From Klebsormidium nitens (lineage: Eukaryota; Plantae; Klebsormidiophyceae): DNA of 64,000 bases. Of this stretch, positions 59,201-64,000 are shown in pieces. The position numbers and the translations under genes were made by a program. Position 1 is the first letter of the stretch. Each line of letters begins with the position of its first letter. The stretch covers positions 55,965-119,964 of the forward strand of contig DF237207.1 in NCBI GenBank assembly GCA_000708835.1, written 5' to 3'. Under the pieces are notes generated by a model. The model was not told where the DNA came from and did no database searches. It saw only the letters and a list, made by a program, of their open reading frames with translations.

Positions 59201-61557
59201 CACGAGACACCCAACCCTGCTTTAGAAGACCCGACCCTGACAACCTTCCAATCACCCGCCCTCGAAACGGAAGATCAAAAAGGATGAAAGGACGCCAAAC
59301 CACAGCGTGTGCGCCACAAAAGCGGCCAAAACAATCTCGTCACGCTTCCTGCCAGACCAAATTTCATGTGAGCGCCTTCAAACCACAAACAACACCTCTG
59401 CAATATCCGACAGCTTAGATAAAAGGCACAGGAGGCAAACTGACTTGTAGCTGAAGAGAAAGGGACTGACTTTGAGTGCAGTGATAACATGCCCGTTTGC
59501 AACCCTTAGGCTGTCGACAGCAGCTTGTCGGGGCAGCTCGACCGCATGCGCCAGGTCTTGCACATCTTTCTGCGAGTTCAGTGATGCAGCCATGAGTCTC
59601 CAGCAGGCATGCCTCGCCCTAAACCTCTGCCCTTTCGCCTGTCCAATTGCAACTCCTCTTGGGATGACCGCGGAACAACACAGGAACAACGTTTCCGCTT
59701 TACAGGTTGGATCATCCATAGAAGGTAGGGCATATTTCATCGACGAGTTATCCTTACTGCCCCCAGCCAATATGGCGGACCGCAAGAGCAGCGGCATACC
59801 TCTTTGAAATCGGGGGCTCGGTCAAGACTTGACTTGGGCACCAGAGGAGGATCCTTCTCATCAAACGGCACCTCTCTCAGCACCCTTCCCAGTCTCACCG
59901 AGGGCTGTAGGTTGCCAGCAATTTCAAGGAACCGCTTCTGGATGCTGGAGAGACACAGGAAAATACCTTCATGAGTGATGAGTATTTGCCTACTGCAAAA
60001 CCTGCCATGATTGCTTCGAAGCTGCGACAAGGACGCCTTCTTGGCCAACTGAGAACACCGTCAGAGCATGGTAAACGGCTGCGTCCCCTGATCTCAGCCT
60101 TAATCTGGTTTGTGTTCAAACTCCTCATTCTGGTTGAACAACTGCATCGGAAAGTATTCTTGGCCTACTAACCTGATTAGGTATCTCAGCAGAAGGGACA
60201 GGAGTGGATCATAGGCTGCCGCAGCGGCTCGCAGGTTGCTTGCCAAGGTGCCTGCCAAGTTGAACCTTTGTTTCAAAGACCACTGCAGGCAGCAAGAGTA
60301 GAATGATCATGTGGTCTGCTCGCAAGAAGAGCAGGACAGCTATTCGAAGATTGTTGCTCTTGTTCAATCAGTAATTGCTCACTTGGAGACTAGTCTGCTT
60401 CTTAATCTGACCTCCTATTCGCCTTTCTGTGCGTATGTCCATTGGCTATTCTATGATCAACGACAAAGGCTGGGCAAGCAATATGTGCACCAGTGGTGTC
60501 AATGATCGCTTGTGACGTCAGGGTTTTCCAGGGAATCAGAAGAAATTGTTTTATCAGGTCACCTGTGCAGCAACAGGCGACCCCGTATCCTCAGGCCCAA
60601 ACAAGAAGGCAAGCATTACTTGCTTGAAATCCTGATAAGCCTCCTGCATGCAAACACTAGGAACGTTAATGATACCAGTTGTTGTGCCAAGGGAGACCCA
60701 TAAGTGCCAGTGCCGTGCAGGCAAGACCTCCTGAGATCACCATGACTATAGCACCAGCTCACAGAGGGTGTCAGGCTCAATAGCTTAGGATGAAAACTTT
60801 GAGTACTCACAAGGTAAGCATTGAGCGCCAATGGCTCCAGAAACTTCCTGGCACAATGGATCGCCGCTTCATCCGATCCAGCCCGAAGGTGTTCCAAAAA
60901 TTGCTGCAAACAATGGAAGACACCGCAATTACCCCCATGATGATGGAGTGGTGCATATGAACAAAAGTTCGTTTGCTGAGTTGAGAACACGTCATCTATT
61001 GGTCAAAACGCAAAGCATCCACAACAGACAGCCTTATAGATCGAGATTTTGCAGCAGGTGTAGCAGGGTGTCTAGGAATTTTCTCATGATGCACAAACAC
61101 TAAAAGAACCCCGTGATGCACAAACACTATAAGGGGTCCAGTAATACAAATACCGGACCAAATCGGCATGCTCATGAAGGCAAAAGTTTGTATTCAACGC
61201 GATGAGCACAGCGCCACCTCTGGACTTTGTGTACAGAATTTGTGATCACCATCAAGACATCTAGTTTGGGGACTTCAAACACACTTCTCTGAATCCACTC
61301 ACCTCCTTGTATAGTTGGAATAGTAATTGCTGATCTTCCAGAATGTTTGCATTGCTTTTGTTTGTTAACGCAATTGCCGATTCAATGGCCCCTTCGTTAA
61401 CAAGACTTCGAATGTGGTCGATCATTCCACGATGGTTCGCTTCAGAAGCTGGATGTCCTCTTTCTGTCTTAGCTGACACTAGATCTTCATGATGTAGATA
61501 ATCAAGCACAATGCTGTCCAGGACCTTAAGATTCAAAGGCAGCCCATCCACCTCCAT
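56282..61557 (-). CDS. LisH/CTLH/CRA-domain protein with two CTLH modules (plant At5g66810-like; possible GID/CTLH E3 complex associate)
   Basis: MEVDGLPLNLKVLDSIVLDYL (LisH), DHIRSLVNEGAIESAI..LLFQL and QFLEHLR..AIHCARKFLEPLALNAY (CTLH). Then EAYQDFKQVMLAF, WSLKQRFNLAG..YDPLLSLLLRYLI, DVQDLAHAVELPRQAAVDSLR, QNELSRMR..DELAREYGVYRGLVD, a second CTLH ELLFRLKEVEF, LGVPEPLL..HDEWFEMQ-MCEDPF, and terminal exon EFLAISRSDAIVLLDKFDGSVEAVF...* ending at 56282. Confidence 0.88.
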
Positions 61558-61689
61558 GCTGCCAATTCATTTGAGCCCAGACAATTGAATTTGGCCCCTC
61601 AACCTGAAACTCCTGGACTTATGCGCTCATAGACTCTTCTTTGGGACGCCATGGATGATTGTAGTTTGTAGATCAGGAGGAAAATTCTA

Positions 61690-61881
61690 CCGTACTGCTA
61701 CGTAATTTCGGCAAAAAATAAATAATTATGTGCCCTGCCGAATTCCGCTGGAAAATATTTTGGAGCGATAATGGTCGATAACGGTGTATTTTAGCAGGTA
61801 ACACTAGGTCTGCCGAAAGGATAGAAAGTTTCATAATCAATTATTCGGCGTCGAAGGTGCCGAAATCAAATAGCAGTACGG
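61690..61881. mobile_element. 192-bp MITE, Tc1/mariner-like (TA target duplication)
   Basis: Left end TA|CCGTACTGCTAcgtaATTTCGGCA. Reverse complement of the right end is TA|CCGTACTGCTAtttgATTTCGGCA. AT-rich non-coding interior. Confidence 0.75.
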
Positions 61882-61918
61882 TATTTAAGTATTACACAGG
61901 CTCCCGCCATTTTGCCTA

Positions 61919-62481
61919 CCCGTACTACCAAGGTATGATNNNNNNNNNNNNNNNNNNNNNNNNNNNNNNNNNNNNNNNNNNNNNNNNNNNNNNNNNNNNN
62001 NNNNNNNNNNNNNNNNNNNNNNNNNNNNNNNNNNNNNNNNNNNNNNNNNNNNNNNNNNNNNNNNNNNNNNNNNNNNNNNNNNNNNNNNNNNNNNNNNNNN
62101 NNNNNNNNNNNNNNNNNNNNNNNNNNNNNNNNNNNNNNNNNNNNNNNNNNNNNNNNNNNNNNNNNNNNNNNNNNNNNNNNNNNNNNNNNNNNNNNNNNNN
62201 NNNNNNNNNNNNNNNNNNNNNNNNNNNNNNNNNNNNNNNNNNNNNNNNNNNNNNNNNNNNNNNNNNNNNNNNNNNNNNNNNNNNNNNNNNNNNNNNNNNN
62301 NNNNNNNGAAGCCCGTATGGGCTTAAGGTACGTACCGGTGCCCTTTACGACCCACTAAATAAGGGTACCTGGGTACCTTTCGTCTCATTCGGGATTCCGG
62401 AAAATAATACAACATTTGGGCTCGCATTCTGTAAAATAATTGAATTTTTCAAGCATTCGGAATCATACCTTGGCAGTACGG
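61919..62481. mobile_element. Second MITE-like element spanning the assembly gap, with a related terminus
   Basis: 61920-61939 CCGTACTACCAAGGTATGAT versus reverse complement of 62462-62481 CCGTACTGCCAAGGTATGAT (19/20 identical). Flanked by TA at 61917-61918 (one extra C) and 62482-62483. Confidence 0.7.
61940..62307. other. Assembly gap (368 N)
   Basis: Run of n in the sequence. Confidence 1.
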
Positions 62482-64000
62482 TAGGTATTGCAGCCTGAGC
62501 ATTGGGTCGGAGAATTGGGTTTATATCGTCACTGCGTGGTTTTAACGAGTTTAAAGTTCTCCTCCGGAGAACTATGGCTTGCCTGCGGTGTCGAAAAATT
62601 ATCCGAATCTCTTCGAGTTAATAAAACGGCGATTAACCCAACACGTCAACGCAGACTGCCATCCCCTAACTGCCCGTCAATTGCGGAACTTTTCCGTCAA
62701 TTACGACGCACCGAGAACAACCTGATTGACGGAGAACCGGCGTGCCGGTCAAGGAATTTGATCCGGTTAAAGTCGTTCAAGGTTTACTCAGTGGATTCGA
62801 CGGGCGTTTGCGCGGCCGCGCGCCGTGCATGCAGAGCAAGCCTGAACTGTCGAATTGTGCCAGTGTCGACCTTCGGGAAACCCAATCTCAGCTGTTAATA
62901 TTAAACCCCACGGTTTTGTAGCCTCTTGTAGCACGAACGGGACTAACCGCTTTCAAAACCAAAACTTCCCGGCCCACAACCGATGAAGCACGACGAAGCA
63001 CGTCAATGCAGACTGACGTTCCTAGACTGTCCGTAAAATGGGGAGCAATCGGGTATCGAACAAACGACAGTCCGTTTCAGTGTCAGTTTACGGGTTCCAA
63101 ATTTCACTCCACAAAAGTTGACTTTGTCCTGACACAGAAACTTTCAAGTCGGTAATTTTCGATGAATCACCAGCTACGCCGCATTGCACACCGAACGAGT
63201 CCAATTCTAATTTGGCACAGTCAATCCTTTTAGAGGTGCTAAAATTTAGGTTATCGAAATCGAACCGGCCACGAACGCCAGGGCCCGCACCGCCCCGCGT
63301 ACGGCAAAATCGGCGAAATCCGTGATCGAATGCTATGGGTGCCTTCTAAAGAAGGCAAGCCAATAGCGATGGGTAGTGTACATAATACGGTAGGTATGCA
63401 GGGGTTGACGACCATGTTCCCTTTTATTGACCAACTTCATTGCGCGCGCAAATGTATAGGCCGCTTCCGGTTGCGCGCGAGCAACGGTAAGAACTGCAGT
63501 GCAAAGTTTCGGAAAGGATGCATGTGTCTGCCCACCAATTTGCTTTGGCTGTTCCTTTTCTCACTTTTCATCTGGGAGTCTCAGTGCACATGCATCTCCA
63601 TTTGAGTGTGCACGCGCGAAGCTTGCCAAAAGACTTTCACGCAAATGGATTCTCAAGCAAAGAACTTTCGTACGTCGTGGAGTTTCTTGAATTAAGGTCT
63701 ATAAATGTGTCCATATTAATGTCGTGCCGTAATGAGTCGAGGCTGTGCCGTGTCGGGTGCGCTCAACATATGCAGTCGAAGCGAAAAAGCATGATGCCCA
63801 TGTAATAAGCTACGTGAAATAGCAAAATCTCCGCGGTATGTCGATTGAGAAGAAAGCTCAAGTGGGGAAAGCGGGTGAATGTTAAGTAGCTCAAGTGCCC
63901 AACGTGCCGCTGTGAACAAGCATGCCACGTTGATGTCACAAGGAAGATGTCACGCTCATGCACTAGTGCTCAAGGTGGCAAGATGCGCTAGCGCCAAGGT

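Noticed and set aside
61857-62498. 213-aa ORF spanning the N gap
   Set aside because: It is an artefact of translating Ns.
62673-62705. CCGTCAATT matches to an SSU rRNA primer site
   Set aside because: The surrounding sequence has no rRNA similarity. It is a short chance direct repeat in non-coding DNA.

Overview
Eukaryotic, intron-rich (GT-AG) nuclear DNA with GC-rich exons. The gene mix is plant-type spatacsin, SKIP35-like and At5g66810-like LisH/CTLH genes together with the ciliary gene MKS1. That mix points to a flagellate-capable streptophyte alga such as Klebsormidium (inference). I reconstructed the following by hand: a spliced membrane-anchored pseudokinase (+, ~348-6404), an intronless type II membrane glycosyltransferase-like gene (-, 7449-8573), tRNA-Asp(GTC) (9102-9173), SPG11/spatacsin (+, ~9464-22170, apparently lacking its N-terminal third), MKS1 (-, 26683-30545), two paralogous RING/TRAF-zinc-finger/coiled-coil genes (+, ~32276-36785 and ~48485-51506), SKIP35-like ankyrin gene (+, 40331-43498), a coiled-coil gene (-, 45627-47333) and a LisH/CTLH gene (-, 56282-61557). 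Non-genic features are a 2.4-kb array of ~55 alternating palindromic hairpins (23480-25842), a 29-bp minisatellite in a decayed GC-rich region, and two adjacent TA-flanked MITEs. The strongest leads are the RgpF-like, possibly horizontally acquired glycosyltransferase, the hairpin array, the truncated SPG11 and the pseudokinase. All homology calls come from motif recognition and recalled family consensus, not from database searches. Exon boundaries are manual predictions.
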